NCBI GenBank assembly: GCA_945910645.1
Contig: CAMDZB010000001.1
Span: 67,180-131,179, forward strand
DNA length: 64,000 nt
Direction of reading: 5' to 3'
Origin: an uncultured Spirochaetaceae bacterium
GTDB taxonomy: Bacteria > Spirochaetota > Spirochaetia > Sphaerochaetales > Sphaerochaetaceae
Shown: positions 1-10,676 of the stretch, in pieces
Position numbering within the stretch: position 1 is the stretch's first letter
How the letters are laid out: the number at the start of each line of letters is the position of its first letter
Notes under the pieces: generated by a model
What the model saw: only the letters and a program-made list of their open reading frames with translations
What the model was told of the DNA's origin: nothing
Databases searched by the model: none
Translations under genes and position numbers: made by a program

Positions 1-496
1 CGAACACCCTTTTGTACCAGTTCACCGCTTCTTTTGCCTTTTCCTCCTCATCTTGGAGTAAGAGGCGTGGAATCTCACCTGCAAGGCATGCAGAGAGGCA
101 CACGAGTCCCTCTGAGTGCTGTTCAAGAACTGTTTTATCAATACGTGGCTTTCCGTAAAATCCTTCAACGTATGCAATCGATGTGAGCTTGATTAGGTTC
201 TTGTAGCCCACGTTGTTCTTTGCAAGCAATATCAGGTGGTTCCTTTCCTTGTTTGTATCGTTCTTTATGTGTAAGTCTTGATGCGACACGTAGAATTCCG
301 AGCCAATAATTGGTTTTATTCCGTTCTTTTTGCACGATTTATAAAAATCAATCGCCCCGAACATATTGCCATGGTCTGTGATTGCCATAGCTGTCATTCC
401 ACAATTTTTAGCCTTTGTAATATAGTCTGAAATTCGCCCACAACCATCAAGAAGTGAATAGTCTGTGTGCAAATGTAAGTGAACAAAAGGTGTCAT
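1..496 (-). CDS. dnaE: DNA polymerase III alpha subunit, N-terminal PHP domain (5' part only; the gene runs off the window start)
   Basis: Absent from the ORF track because there is no stop in the window. The reverse-strand ATG at 496..494 translates to MTPFVHLHLHTDYSLLDGCGRISDYITKAKNCGMTAMAITDHGNMFGAIDFYKSCKKNGIKPIIGSEFYV. This is the canonical DnaE PHP start (HLHxHxxYSxLDG, AITDHGNM). Confidence 0.9.
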   Translation of the reverse strand, partial: MTPFVHLHLHTDYSLLDGCGRISDYITKAKNCGMTAMAITDHGNMFGAIDFYKSCKKNGIKPIIGSEFYVSHQDLHIKNDTNKERNHLILLAKNNVGYKNLIKLTSIAYVEGFYGKPRIDKTVLEQHSEGLVCLSACLAGEIPRLLLQDEEEKAKEAVNWYKRVF

Positions 497-609
497 ATCC
501 AAAATATAAAGAAAAACAGAGGATAAAGCAACAACAAAAATGATCGATTATAGTTGCGTATTTTGTGCTATAATAGGGCTATAACAAACCTTACAAAAAC
601 GGAGGAAAA

Positions 610-2394
610 ATGAGAAAAAGAACATTTTTAAGCATTCTTTTTGCCGCAGTCGGACTTGTTATGATTGCATCCTGTGCAAGCCAGAGCAAAGCATCCGTAA
701 GCGCAAAGAATGAACCATATCATCTTGTGGTGCTAGGAACCTCAGACATCCACGGCAACATCTGGGGCTACTCATACGAGGATGGAAAAGAGACCACAAA
801 CAACGGCATGGTACGCCTTCATACCTACGTGAACGAAGAGAGAAAGAAGTACCCTAACCTACTTCTAATCGACGCAGGTGATGCAATCCAGGGCACGATC
901 ATGACGGATGACATTTACAATAAGAACCCTGCTCTTCAACACCCAATGATGGTTGCATTCAACGAGTTGAAATACGACTCATTCACGCTTGGTAACCATG
1001 AGTTCAACTGGGGAATCGACACAATGAAGAAGATTCTCTCTCAGGCTTCGTTCCCAGTGCTTGGCGCTAACGTGAAGGATAAAAACGGCAACTACCTCAC
1101 AGGACGCGGACACGTGATCCTAGAGCGCGATGGGGTTAAAATCGGCATAATCGGTGTTGTAACTCCAGATATCCCAATTTGGGACGGCGGTAAGCAAGGC
1201 ATCGCTGATACAATCTTTGAGGCTGCAAACGTTGCTGTAAAAAACGAGATAAAGCTGATTAAAGACAAGGTTGATGTTATTATCGTTCAGGCACACATGG
1301 GTGAATACGCAGAGTTTGACGAAGAAAACGGCTCAGACTCAGGCGATCAAATTCTCGAGGATAACCCGGAAATCGACATCCTACAGCTTGCTCATAACCA
1401 CGTTGTAGTGAATAAGACACACGGAAAGACACTCGTTGGCGGTGTGAGAAACCTCGCTCGTGATGTTGCACGCTTTGAACTCATACTTGATGAGAATCAC
1501 AACGTAATCGACTCATCAATCGACATCATAGACCTTAAAGGCTATCCTGTAACAACAACGCTTCGTGAGAATAAACTGATCAAGGAAGCTCATGAAAAGA
1601 CAATTAAGTACATCCGTGGCGGAAGTGGAGACGGCAAAGGTTCAGGCGGTGCTGCCCTCGGATCGACAACTGCTAAGTTCCAGCCTAAGAACGAAATCAA
1701 AGGCATTCCTGAAGGCAAACTTAGAGACACACCTGTTATGCACCTAATCAACAAGGTACAGCTGCTTAATTCTGGTGCAGACGTATCAGCCGCTGCCCTA
1801 TTTAAAGACACATCAGACCTACCAAAGGGTGACCTTAACTACGGCAACATCTTTGATATCTACAAGTTCGACAACACCCTATACCGCGTAAAAGTTACGG
1901 GTAAAGAGCTTAAGAACTACATGGAATGGTCTGCAGAATGTTACAACCAATGGAAGAAAGGCGACATCAATATCTCATTCGACCCTGAATATCCTGGCTA
2001 CCTCTACGACATGTTCCTCGGCGTAGACTACGAAATTGACCTTTCAGAGCCAAAAGGAAGCAGAATCAAGAACGTAATCTACAAGGGTGCTCCACTTCAG
2101 GATGACACTGAACTCCTACTCTGCGTTAATAACTACCGCTACTCATCTGTCCTCAAAGGTAAAGGACTTGTAAGCGGCAAGAAGGAATGGGAATCATCAT
2201 CATCAATCAGAGACATGCTTGTTGACTACATCAAGAATAACTCCCCACTAAAACCTGAAGTTGCAAACAACTGGAAGATCGTAGGCGTTGATCTTATGAA
2301 GGATGACCCACGAAGAGCAAAGATTATCAATCGCATCAACAAAGGTGAAATCGAGACGCCATATTCAAAGAGCTACAACCTTTTTGACAACTAA
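610..2394 (+). CDS. Bifunctional metallophosphatase/5'-nucleotidase family lipoprotein
   Basis: The signal peptide carries a lipobox (MIASC). Calcineurin-like motifs are present: GTSDIHGN, DAGDAIQG and GNHEFN. A long C-terminal 5'-nucleotidase-type domain follows. An RBS (GGAGG) lies upstream. Confidence 0.85.
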   Translation: MRKRTFLSILFAAVGLVMIASCASQSKASVSAKNEPYHLVVLGTSDIHGNIWGYSYEDGKETTNNGMVRLHTYVNEERKKYPNLLLIDAGDAIQGTIMTDDIYNKNPALQHPMMVAFNELKYDSFTLGNHEFNWGIDTMKKILSQASFPVLGANVKDKNGNYLTGRGHVILERDGVKIGIIGVVTPDIPIWDGGKQGIADTIFEAANVAVKNEIKLIKDKVDVIIVQAHMGEYAEFDEENGSDSGDQILEDNPEIDILQLAHNHVVVNKTHGKTLVGGVRNLARDVARFELILDENHNVIDSSIDIIDLKGYPVTTTLRENKLIKEAHEKTIKYIRGGSGDGKGSGGAALGSTTAKFQPKNEIKGIPEGKLRDTPVMHLINKVQLLNSGADVSAAALFKDTSDLPKGDLNYGNIFDIYKFDNTLYRVKVTGKELKNYMEWSAECYNQWKKGDINISFDPEYPGYLYDMFLGVDYEIDLSEPKGSRIKNVIYKGAPLQDDTELLLCVNNYRYSSVLKGKGLVSGKKEWESSSSIRDMLVDYIKNNSPLKPEVANNWKIVGVDLMKDDPRRAKIINRINKGEIETPYSKSYNLFDN

Positions 2395-2415
2395 TTAACA
2401 TTACGAAAATTCGTA

Positions 2416-2452
2416 AATAGCCTTTACATCCCTGTGAAGGCTATTTTTTTTT
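2416..2452 (+). terminator. Rho-independent terminator after the 5'-nucleotidase gene
   Basis: The hairpin is ATAGCCTTTAC...GTGAAGGCTAT, followed by a run of nine T. Confidence 0.8.
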
Positions 2453-2509
2453 AAATCGTTTGTGATATATTTTGAATTAAAAACATACAAACAAACGTGG
2501 GGGTATCAT

Positions 2510-3796
2510 ATGATAGATTTAAAATTGCTTAAGGAACGAAGAGAACAGATTAAGGAAAACATCAAAAATCGACGCATGAAAGTGGACGTTGATGAGGTTA
2601 TTAAACTTGGAGATGAAAGACTTGACTTTCTTTCAAAGGTTGAAAAACTAAGAAACAGACGTAATGAAGTTGCTGCAAACATGAAGCAGAAACTTGAAGA
2701 TATCAAACGTAAAGCCCTCATCGAAGAAGGTAAAAAGCTTAAAGATGACATTGCAGAGCTTGAACAGAAGCTTGAGAACGTGGAAAAGCTATACTACGAC
2801 AGCGCAAAGAAGATTCCAAACTTCTCGGATGAAGATGCCCCTGTCGGCTCTGAGGATGAAGGAGCAGTGATCGAGATTAAAAAGGTTGGAACTCCTCGCG
2901 TGTTCAACTTTAAACCACTTGATCATGTGGAACTTGGCAAGAAGAATGACCTTATCGACTTTGAAACAGCAACAAAGGTAAGCGGAAACAAGTTCTATTA
3001 CCTTAAAAATGAGGCTGTGATGCTCGAGCTTGCCCTCTCACAGTTTGCAATTACAGTTGCAGTCAAACACGGCTTTACACCTGTGATTACACCAGATGTT
3101 GCCAAGACTGAAATTCTTGAAGGCATCGGATTTTCACCACGTGGAGAAGAGAGCAACATCTATGCACTTGATGGCATGAGCGAGTGTCTTGTTGGAACTG
3201 CAGAGATCACACTTGGCGGTTACTATTCAGGACAGATCTTAAAAGAAGAAGACTTCCCTATTCGCTTTGTAGGACTCTCACACTGCTTTAGAAGAGAGGC
3301 AGGAGGAGCAGGGCAGTTCTCAAAAGGACTCTACAGAGTTCACCAGTTCAGCAAGGTTGAAATGTTTGTATACTCTCTTCCTGATGAGAGCAAAAATGAG
3401 CATATGAACATCCTAAGCATAGAGGAGGAGATCTTCCAGGCACTAGGACTTGCATACAGAGTTGTTGATACACCAACTGCTGACCTTGGCGCTCCTGCTG
3501 CACGTAAGTTCGACATTGAGGCATGGCTTCCAGGACGTGGCGAAAACGGTGAATATGGCGAGGTTACATCATGTTCAAACTGTCTTGACTACCAGTCACG
3601 TTCACTAGGAATCAGATATAAGGATAAAGACGGTAAGATCAACTACTGCCATACGCTCAACGGAACTGCAATTGCCATCTCACGAGCACTTGTTGCAATC
3701 ATAGAAAACTACCAGAACGAGGATGGATCAATTGACATCCCTGAGGTTCTTCTTCCTTACATGTGCGGTATTACAAAGATCAACGCAAGGAGCTAA
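2510..3796 (+). CDS. serS: Serine--tRNA ligase
   Basis: The N-terminal coiled-coil arm begins MIDLKLLKERREQI. Class II motifs are present: GLSHCFRREAGGAG and TLNGTAIAISRALVAIIENYQ. The start is taken at the internal ATG at 2510 rather than the track start at 2462. Confidence 0.95.
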   Translation: MIDLKLLKERREQIKENIKNRRMKVDVDEVIKLGDERLDFLSKVEKLRNRRNEVAANMKQKLEDIKRKALIEEGKKLKDDIAELEQKLENVEKLYYDSAKKIPNFSDEDAPVGSEDEGAVIEIKKVGTPRVFNFKPLDHVELGKKNDLIDFETATKVSGNKFYYLKNEAVMLELALSQFAITVAVKHGFTPVITPDVAKTEILEGIGFSPRGEESNIYALDGMSECLVGTAEITLGGYYSGQILKEEDFPIRFVGLSHCFRREAGGAGQFSKGLYRVHQFSKVEMFVYSLPDESKNEHMNILSIEEEIFQALGLAYRVVDTPTADLGAPAARKFDIEAWLPGRGENGEYGEVTSCSNCLDYQSRSLGIRYKDKDGKINYCHTLNGTAIAISRALVAIIENYQNEDGSIDIPEVLLPYMCGITKINARS

Positions 3797-3804
3797 GGCA
3801 CTTT

Positions 3805-5241
3805 ATGAACGAAGGAAAATCAGGTTTATTTTGCGACTTTTATGAATTAACTATGGGTCAGGGCTTTTTTGAAAAGAAGCACAATCCCTTATCGACATTC
3901 GAAATGTTTTATAGAACATCCCCTCTGTCATCAGGATACGCTGTGTTTGTGGGAATCGATGAAGTTGTTGATAATATCATCAATTTTAGGTTCTCCAAAG
4001 AAGACATAAGCTACCTCAAGAGCCTTGGAATGTTCAAGGATGACTTCCTTTCGTACCTTGAGAACTTTAAGTTTTCAGGCGATGTAAATGCATTCGACGA
4101 CGGCGAAATCTGCTTCCCTCGTGAACCGCTATTACAGATTAAGGCGCCAATGATTGAGTGTTGTCTTCTCGAGACTATGATACTCAATTCAATCAACTTT
4201 CAAACGCTGATTGCCACAAAGGCATCCAGGCTAAAAACAGCGAGTGCAGGTCGATCAATCATGGAGTTTGGTATGCGCCGTGCAGCCACAGGCTATGCAT
4301 CCGTAGTTGCATCACGCTCTGCCATCATAGGAGGTGCAGACAGCACAAGCAACACCTTTGCCGCATCACTTTATAATCTTAAAGCATCAGGAACAATGTC
4401 ACACGCATGGGTTATGAGCTTTTCTGATGAATACTCGGCGTTTAGAACCTTTGCAGACCTCTATCCTAACAACGCAATTCTATTAATTGACACATACGAC
4501 ACCCTATCAAGCGGCATCGACAATGCAATCAAAGTTGGGCTTGAGCAGAAACAAAAAGGGCTAAAGATTGGCGTGAGAATCGACTCAGGCGACCTTTCCT
4601 ACCTCTCGCAGGAAGTAAGAAAGCGCCTTGATAAGGCCGGGCTTGAAGATGCGACAATCTGCCTTTCTAACGACATCAATGAATCAGTACTCAGGGAACT
4701 TTTACTCTCCGGTGCAGATGTAAACTCATTTGGCATTGGAACAAAGCTCGTTGCAGACGGTGAAACCCTTGGCGGCGTATACAAGATGGTGTCGTTCGTA
4801 GATGAAAACGGAGAGGAACGCAACGTACTTAAGATGAGTAGCTCTGTTGAAAAACTCACCCTTCCTGGCGTTCATAACGTATTTAGACTATTCGATGATG
4901 ACGGTCATCCACTCTGCGACTACATCACGCTTAAGGGCGAAAATCCACCAGAAGTCGGTAAAAAAGTGCTCTTGAATCATACGGTGTACGACAATGAAAA
5001 CTACACGTTAAAGTCGTTCAAAAGCGTAAAGAGCATGCTCTCTCCAAAAATTACGGGTGGTAAGCGCGTATACACTCCAAAAAGCGTTATGGAGATTAAG
5101 ACATCATCAAACGAATCGCTCCAGGCGTTTGATAAGAGTTACAAGCGTCTTGTTAACCCTCATATTTACAAGGTATCGATTTCGTCAACTCTCAAGAGCG
5201 AAAGAAACCGTCTTATTGATGAATACAAAAGCAGATCTTAA
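3805..5241 (+). CDS. pncB: Nicotinate phosphoribosyltransferase
   Basis: Family-typical strings are LFCDFYELTMGQGFF, EFGMRRA and GTMSHAWVMSF. The start is set at ATG 3805, just after the serS stop; the track start at 3763 overlaps serS. Confidence 0.85.
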   Translation: MNEGKSGLFCDFYELTMGQGFFEKKHNPLSTFEMFYRTSPLSSGYAVFVGIDEVVDNIINFRFSKEDISYLKSLGMFKDDFLSYLENFKFSGDVNAFDDGEICFPREPLLQIKAPMIECCLLETMILNSINFQTLIATKASRLKTASAGRSIMEFGMRRAATGYASVVASRSAIIGGADSTSNTFAASLYNLKASGTMSHAWVMSFSDEYSAFRTFADLYPNNAILLIDTYDTLSSGIDNAIKVGLEQKQKGLKIGVRIDSGDLSYLSQEVRKRLDKAGLEDATICLSNDINESVLRELLLSGADVNSFGIGTKLVADGETLGGVYKMVSFVDENGEERNVLKMSSSVEKLTLPGVHNVFRLFDDDGHPLCDYITLKGENPPEVGKKVLLNHTVYDNENYTLKSFKSVKSMLSPKITGGKRVYTPKSVMEIKTSSNESLQAFDKSYKRLVNPHIYKVSISSTLKSERNRLIDEYKSRS

Positions 5242-5253
5242 TACTAACGATTA

Positions 5254-6123
5254 TTAAAAGTCGTCATCATCATCGCTCTCAGGTGCATCCTCATGATATA
5301 CCCATGACGATGTGCCATCTGGAAGCGATTCGAGTACGACCTGATCGGCTCTAACTGCCCTTCTACCCTTATCTGTATTCTCAAGGATAATACGCTCTGA
5401 AATTACGTTTATCTCCTTTACCCATTCTGTGCCATCCGCTGTTGTTACTGGAGTCTTAAGTGGTGGATAACAGTTGATTTCGTTTCTGTAGAAGTAATCC
5501 TCGTATGAGAGGCAGCATTTTGGCTCGTTACAGCATCCGAGTATTTTTGAGTCGTCTTGTTTAAGATTCTGATCCTTTGCCATTCGTCGAGTGGCTGTTG
5601 GGAAGGTTGTTTGTGTTTTAGATCTACAGCACAAGGTGCGTCCACACGTTCCACATCCGTTAAAGCATCGTGCCATCTCCCTCATGGTGATCTGGTGCAT
5701 CAATATGCGATATGGTGAGAGGCGCTCGTTTAAGGTCTTTACAAGCGATCTAAAGTCAATTCTCTTATCTGATGAATAGATTAGGACGATTTTATTTGCA
5801 TATGGCATCACATGGACGTTGATTATTTTAACGGTGAGCTTCTCCTCTTTTAGGCTTTCCTCAATTGTTGGAAGAAACTCCTCTTCCTTCTTTTTGTTAG
5901 CTTCGTATTTATCCGCTTCTTCCTTTGATATAGCGGTTGCTGAGATCACGTTATTAACGTCTATATTTTCATTCGAATATGGAAGAGTAATTTTTAATAT
6001 ATCATCGCCGAATTCTGTTTCACCCTTTACCAGCGTTCCTACATTAAGAGAATGTTGAGAACTCACTATGTAAGTCTTGCCAAGGCACTCGTATAACGCA
6101 TAGTAATATTTCATATCTTTCAT
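5254..6123 (-). CDS. PSP1 domain protein (YaaT/RicT-like)
   Basis: The 289-aa product has a Cys-rich central segment (FNGCGTCGRTLCCRS, GCCNEPKCCLSYE), which is typical of PSP1 C-terminal domain proteins. Confidence 0.7.
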   Translation of the reverse strand: MKDMKYYYALYECLGKTYIVSSQHSLNVGTLVKGETEFGDDILKITLPYSNENIDVNNVISATAISKEEADKYEANKKKEEEFLPTIEESLKEEKLTVKIINVHVMPYANKIVLIYSSDKRIDFRSLVKTLNERLSPYRILMHQITMREMARCFNGCGTCGRTLCCRSKTQTTFPTATRRMAKDQNLKQDDSKILGCCNEPKCCLSYEDYFYRNEINCYPPLKTPVTTADGTEWVKEINVISERIILENTDKGRRAVRADQVVLESLPDGTSSWVYHEDAPESDDDDDF

Positions 6124-6271
6124 GAATTGAAATTATATAAACATTTTTGCTTTTTTACAAAACTTTGAGTATAATATAGCCGTATGAATAACAATTAACG
6201 GCGTTTCTCGCCTCATGGGGAATCCTAATAAGCGAGATTGGTAATACCAAATCGCCAAAAAAGGAGTATAT

Positions 6272-7045
6272 ATGAGACTTTTCGACACCCATGCCCACTT
6301 AGGCTTAATATTTGATGACAAGATAGAACGAATGCTTGTGGTGCGCACAGCAAAAACAAAAGGCGTTGAAGGTATACTTTCTGTCACAAATAACCTTGTT
6401 GATTTCAAAAATGTATATTCTGATCTAAAAAACGAACCAACTGTATATTTTGCAGCAGGTATTTCACCTCTTGATGTGGCAAATGTAGGCCCAAACTGGA
6501 AAGAGGATCTTGAAAAATGCGCATCCCTTGATAAGGTAATCGCAATTGGCGAGACTGGCCTTGACTGGACAAAAGGTATCTCGTCAAAAGAGGAGCAGAC
6601 TGCATTCTTCATCCATCACATAAGACTTGCAAACAAGCTTGGGAAAACCCTCGTAATTCACAACAGGAATGCAGGAAAAGACGTGATGAAGGTTATTAAG
6701 GAAACTGAGGTTAAAACCAATATGATCTTCCACTGCTACAGCGAGGATTTAGCATTTGCAGAGAGCGCTGCTGACCTTCCTATCTACTTCTCATTTGCGG
6801 GTAACCTCACATATAAAACTGTCAAGGAATTACACGAAACTGTAGCTCAGCTTCCGCCTGAAAGAATCCTCATCGAAAGTGAATCTCCATTTATGGTGCC
6901 TTCTCTCTACAAGGGCAAGAGGAACAAGCCACAGTATCTTTCTGAGACTCTTAAGGCCGTAGCATACTACCAGAGAAAGAGCGAAGAAGAGATGGCAGAA
7001 ATCCTTTGGGAAAACAGCCTACGTGCATTTAACCTTGCAAATTGA
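6272..7045 (+). CDS. tatD: TatD family metal-dependent hydrolase
   Basis: Motifs are MRLFDTHAHL, IGETGLDW, VIHNR and HCYS. An RBS (AAGGAG) lies upstream. Confidence 0.9.
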   Translation: MRLFDTHAHLGLIFDDKIERMLVVRTAKTKGVEGILSVTNNLVDFKNVYSDLKNEPTVYFAAGISPLDVANVGPNWKEDLEKCASLDKVIAIGETGLDWTKGISSKEEQTAFFIHHIRLANKLGKTLVIHNRNAGKDVMKVIKETEVKTNMIFHCYSEDLAFAESAADLPIYFSFAGNLTYKTVKELHETVAQLPPERILIESESPFMVPSLYKGKRNKPQYLSETLKAVAYYQRKSEEEMAEILWENSLRAFNLAN

Positions 7046-8025
7046 TGAGTTTAGAACTTCATCCTATTTCGATAGGTGCTCTTAATTTAAAAACTAACAT
7101 CCTTCAGGCACCGCTTGCATCGTACAGCGACAGAGCATATAGGCATCTTGCTGCACTCTACGGCTCACCTATGGCGATAAGCGAGATGGTGTCTGTTGAA
7201 GGACTGCTTCGTGAAGGTGAAAAAACCTTAGATCTAATCAAACGAGCCGACACAGAACAGCCTAATAATCCTGATTCTATTCCATTTACAGTTCAGCTTT
7301 TTGGATCAAAGCCCGAGTCTTTTGAGAAGGCAACAGAGGTACTTCTTAAGCGCGACATTGTTCCACTCATCGACATCAACGCAGCCTGCCCTGTGAAAAA
7401 AGTTATGAAGACAGGAAGTGGCGCATCCCTCATGTCCTCCCCTGAACTCATCGGAAAAATTGTTAAGACAATAAAAGATGTAACGGAAGGAAAGGTTGCC
7501 GTAACTGTAAAACTCAGAATCGGAATCAACATGAGTCACCTTAACTACCTTCAGTGTGCAGAAGAGGCCTTCAAAAACGGTGCGGATAGCATTGCACTTC
7601 ACACACGTACATCAGAACAACTCTACAGAGGCAAAGCAGATCATAGCTACACAAAAACGCTAAAAGATGCATTTAAAGACAAGGTGATTATCGCAAGCGG
7701 TGACATATTTTCAAGGGACGATGCCAAAAGAATCATAAGAGAAACTGGAGCAGATGGCGTTCTTGGAGCCCGTGGTGCCATTGGCAATCCGTTTATTTTT
7801 AGCAATAACGAATACACCGATGATGACTACATCAACGCCTTTATTAAACACGTGGAATTACACGAGTACTACAACGACTCACCGCTTAAGGAGCTGAGGA
7901 AATTTGCTCCCTACTACCTTAAGCACGTCAGTAAAAACACAAAGGATGCAAGGGTGTTCATCTGTTCCAAAGCTGTTACTAAAGCCGACTTTATAAACAC
8001 CCTCGAAAGTCTTAAATCAAATTAA
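7045..8025 (+). CDS. dus: tRNA-dihydrouridine synthase
   Basis: Motifs are APLASYSDRAYR, IDINAACPVKKV, VTVKLRIG and LHTRT. The ATG at 7045 overlaps the tatD stop (TGATG); the track start at 7042 is a TTG. Confidence 0.85.
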   Translation: MSLELHPISIGALNLKTNILQAPLASYSDRAYRHLAALYGSPMAISEMVSVEGLLREGEKTLDLIKRADTEQPNNPDSIPFTVQLFGSKPESFEKATEVLLKRDIVPLIDINAACPVKKVMKTGSGASLMSSPELIGKIVKTIKDVTEGKVAVTVKLRIGINMSHLNYLQCAEEAFKNGADSIALHTRTSEQLYRGKADHSYTKTLKDAFKDKVIIASGDIFSRDDAKRIIRETGADGVLGARGAIGNPFIFSNNEYTDDDYINAFIKHVELHEYYNDSPLKELRKFAPYYLKHVSKNTKDARVFICSKAVTKADFINTLESLKSN

Positions 8026-8071
8026 AAATGTATCAAAATCAACTACAAAACTACTCTAAAAGCGCTTAAAA

Positions 8072-9193
8072 CTACTTTAGAAGTGAAATGAGTGAATCAA
8101 CCTCAGCTGTTCCCATTCCACCGCCGATTAAGTACATCTTTGCGCCATTGATCAGCTTCTGTGTTGTGATGTCCTTAACATCGCTTACATCTGCAATAAC
8201 TTTGAGCATCTCATCAATATTGTTGCGTACGATTACATCGTAGCGTTTTGGATCGTTCTCTTTAGTGATACCGTAGTAATTCTTGTATGACATCATGTAG
8301 TCGCTTACGATTTCATCATAGCTTGCACCCATTAGAGCTTCAAGGAGCGCTGATGTAAATCCTGCTCTATCCTTACCCTCCGTGCAGTGGATTAGAATTG
8401 GTGTGTGCATGTTACCTGTAACAAGCTTCTTGATTCCTGCTGTAAGATCCTTCTGGAACGATTCTGATGAGAAGTCAACAGGCATGTTAAGCGCAATCAC
8501 GTTACCCATCGTGTAAAGGCTCTGGTAGTATGGGCTGTTAAAGTCATCTTTAGCGATGTAAGAATTAATCTCATCATAGCTGTCTGCAAGGTTGATTACA
8601 GACTTGATTCCTGCAAGATGCATAAGCGTATCTGCTGTGCTTGCTCTGTTATTCTCGTTGTTGATTGGACTTGCAGAGCGATAGAGCTTACCCTTTCCAA
8701 CGCCTTTTGTTGTGATCTCTCTAAAGTTTGCAAATACCTCATTTGAGCTGAAGTCGTTTCTGTTGTTTGAGTATGAAAGTGAGTTAAGAATCTGTGTATC
8801 AAGTGCACCACCCTTCTTTGCAAGCGTGATAATCACAGTATCGCCGACTTTGAGGTTTGCAACCTCGTAAATCTTGCCGTAGTTGATACATGCAGCAATC
8901 TCCTTATGCGTAGGATATGCCCTTAGCATCACCTCGCCCTTCTTTACGTAGTAACCGTTGAAGAATGGAACGTCTTTGAATTCATAGCCATTGCTGAAGT
9001 AGAGATTAACAGTATCTCCAAGTTCATAGCCGTCGTTGAACATCTTCTCGATTGTGATGTCTAACTTAGCATGCCCGTACTTCTCGAACTCTGTGATAGT
9101 ACCAGTCTCAACGCTTGGTGCCTTAAACGCAGAGCATGAGCTTAAAACCAGCACCAAAAATGCAACCAAAAATGTTATTGAATGCTTTTTCAT
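8072..9193 (-). CDS. Secreted/lipoprotein tyrosine-protein phosphatase family protein
   Basis: The signal peptide has a Cys lipobox (LSSC). The C-terminal half carries the CX5R P-loop HCTEGKDRAG. The N-terminal beta-rich domain is of unclear function. Confidence 0.7.
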   Translation of the reverse strand: MKKHSITFLVAFLVLVLSSCSAFKAPSVETGTITEFEKYGHAKLDITIEKMFNDGYELGDTVNLYFSNGYEFKDVPFFNGYYVKKGEVMLRAYPTHKEIAACINYGKIYEVANLKVGDTVIITLAKKGGALDTQILNSLSYSNNRNDFSSNEVFANFREITTKGVGKGKLYRSASPINNENNRASTADTLMHLAGIKSVINLADSYDEINSYIAKDDFNSPYYQSLYTMGNVIALNMPVDFSSESFQKDLTAGIKKLVTGNMHTPILIHCTEGKDRAGFTSALLEALMGASYDEIVSDYMMSYKNYYGITKENDPKRYDVIVRNNIDEMLKVIADVSDVKDITTQKLINGAKMYLIGGGMGTAEVDSLISLLK

Positions 9194-10632
9194 ATACTCT
9201 CCTTTGATCCCTTCTTTCTACTCACAAGGAATCCTGCAAACATAATAAGTCCAAATAGGATTAAATAAAATCCCACTGGGAAGGCAAAATAGCCTGCCTT
9301 TTTAGCCTCAAGGTATGGTTCAATACCGTGTGCATAGATTGCCGCAAAACACATAAATAATGAACAAATTATAGCAAGGATTGGAATCACAAAGCGTTTG
9401 AATATACCAAGATCCTTACTCTTTTTGATAAAGCAGACGAATATTGGAATGTAGAAGCCGTAAATCGTTATGATTGGAAGCTCTGATGAATCAAATCCAA
9501 ACACGCCAAACCAGTTGTACGCGGCAAGATTTGAAAGATAGAAGTATAAGAACCACACAGCCACGATAAAGAGCCCCATAACAGACGAGTTTGTAGGCAT
9601 GTTTGTGATGTCGTCAACCTGTGAGTACAATTTAGGATGAGGTCCCTCACCTCTGATTCCAAGCGAGTACATTCCGCGCGTCATTGTAAGCATCAAACCG
9701 TTAACTGTACCAAGACAGGATATGGCAACAAAGAGGTTAAGTATCGAGCCAAACGCTTTACCAAAGATGTTAGTAAACGCAACAGCAGCACCCTCCTTCT
9801 TGAGCGTTTCGATATCCGTCCCCCCTGCAACACCAATGTAGTAGAATAGGTAAATACATACGATAATTACACCACCGAGGAACAGTGCGTATGGAAGATT
9901 CTTCTTTGCATTATGAAGCTCAGCGTTGATGATGGTTGCGAGAATCCATCCTTCGTATGCAAATGCCGTTGATACAACCGCCGCAAATAGCGGATGACCT
10001 ACAGTCTCTGGTGCAGCCTTGAAGTTAGAAATAAGAGTTGCCTCTTTTGAGAAGATGCCAACAAGAGTTCCAACAACTGCCATAAGTACGAGTGGTACAA
10101 GCTTCACAAACGTGGTCGAAACCTGGAACTTACCTGCAATCTTTGGAGACAGTGCATTGATCGTGTAACTTGCACAGATGATGAATAGAGAAAGCGCAAA
10201 ACACTCAGGGCCAATCGAACAGCCCCCTTGTTCCACTGGAATCATAAGTTTGATTGATGGAAATGTGCTTGTGAGGAATACAAGAATATATCTTGCCGAA
10301 AGCCACACAAGTGCACTCGTCATGCCAGGATAGTAAATTGTCACTGCAAACCAACCTACATAATAGCCGTACTTCTTGCCAACAAGCGCCTCAGCATAGT
10401 CTACAAAGCCATTGACCTTCTCATAGCGTGTTGCCATTGTTGCAAAAGCGCTGATACAAACGAGCATTACGGCACCACCGATAATCCATGCGATAATACC
10501 AAGTTGTAAATTACCGCCAGTATTCTGTAGGATCGTCTGTGCCTTAAAAAACACTCCGCTTCCAACCACAATGCCAACAACCATACATATAGCTGTTACA
10601 AGTCCATACTTTTTAGTAAGTTGATTTTCCAT
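9190..10632 (-). CDS. APC superfamily amino-acid permease
   Basis: The product is a hydrophobic protein of about 480 aa with roughly 12 predicted TM segments and APC-type composition. The ATG at 10632 is preceded by GGAGG, whereas the track start at 10641 is a GTG. The 3' end overlaps the downstream phosphatase gene's start by 4 nt (ATGA). Confidence 0.75.
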   Translation of the reverse strand: MENQLTKKYGLVTAICMVVGIVVGSGVFFKAQTILQNTGGNLQLGIIAWIIGGAVMLVCISAFATMATRYEKVNGFVDYAEALVGKKYGYYVGWFAVTIYYPGMTSALVWLSARYILVFLTSTFPSIKLMIPVEQGGCSIGPECFALSLFIICASYTINALSPKIAGKFQVSTTFVKLVPLVLMAVVGTLVGIFSKEATLISNFKAAPETVGHPLFAAVVSTAFAYEGWILATIINAELHNAKKNLPYALFLGGVIIVCIYLFYYIGVAGGTDIETLKKEGAAVAFTNIFGKAFGSILNLFVAISCLGTVNGLMLTMTRGMYSLGIRGEGPHPKLYSQVDDITNMPTNSSVMGLFIVAVWFLYFYLSNLAAYNWFGVFGFDSSELPIITIYGFYIPIFVCFIKKSKDLGIFKRFVIPILAIICSLFMCFAAIYAHGIEPYLEAKKAGYFAFPVGFYLILFGLIMFAGFLVSRKKGSKESI

Positions 10633-10676
10633 TCCCTCCACCTCTTCTTGTATATAAATTACAGTAAAATTTTTTA

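Noticed and set aside
6133-6612. A 159-aa minus-strand ORF.
   Set aside because: It is antisense to the well-supported tatD gene and extends across its promoter. It shows no family features.
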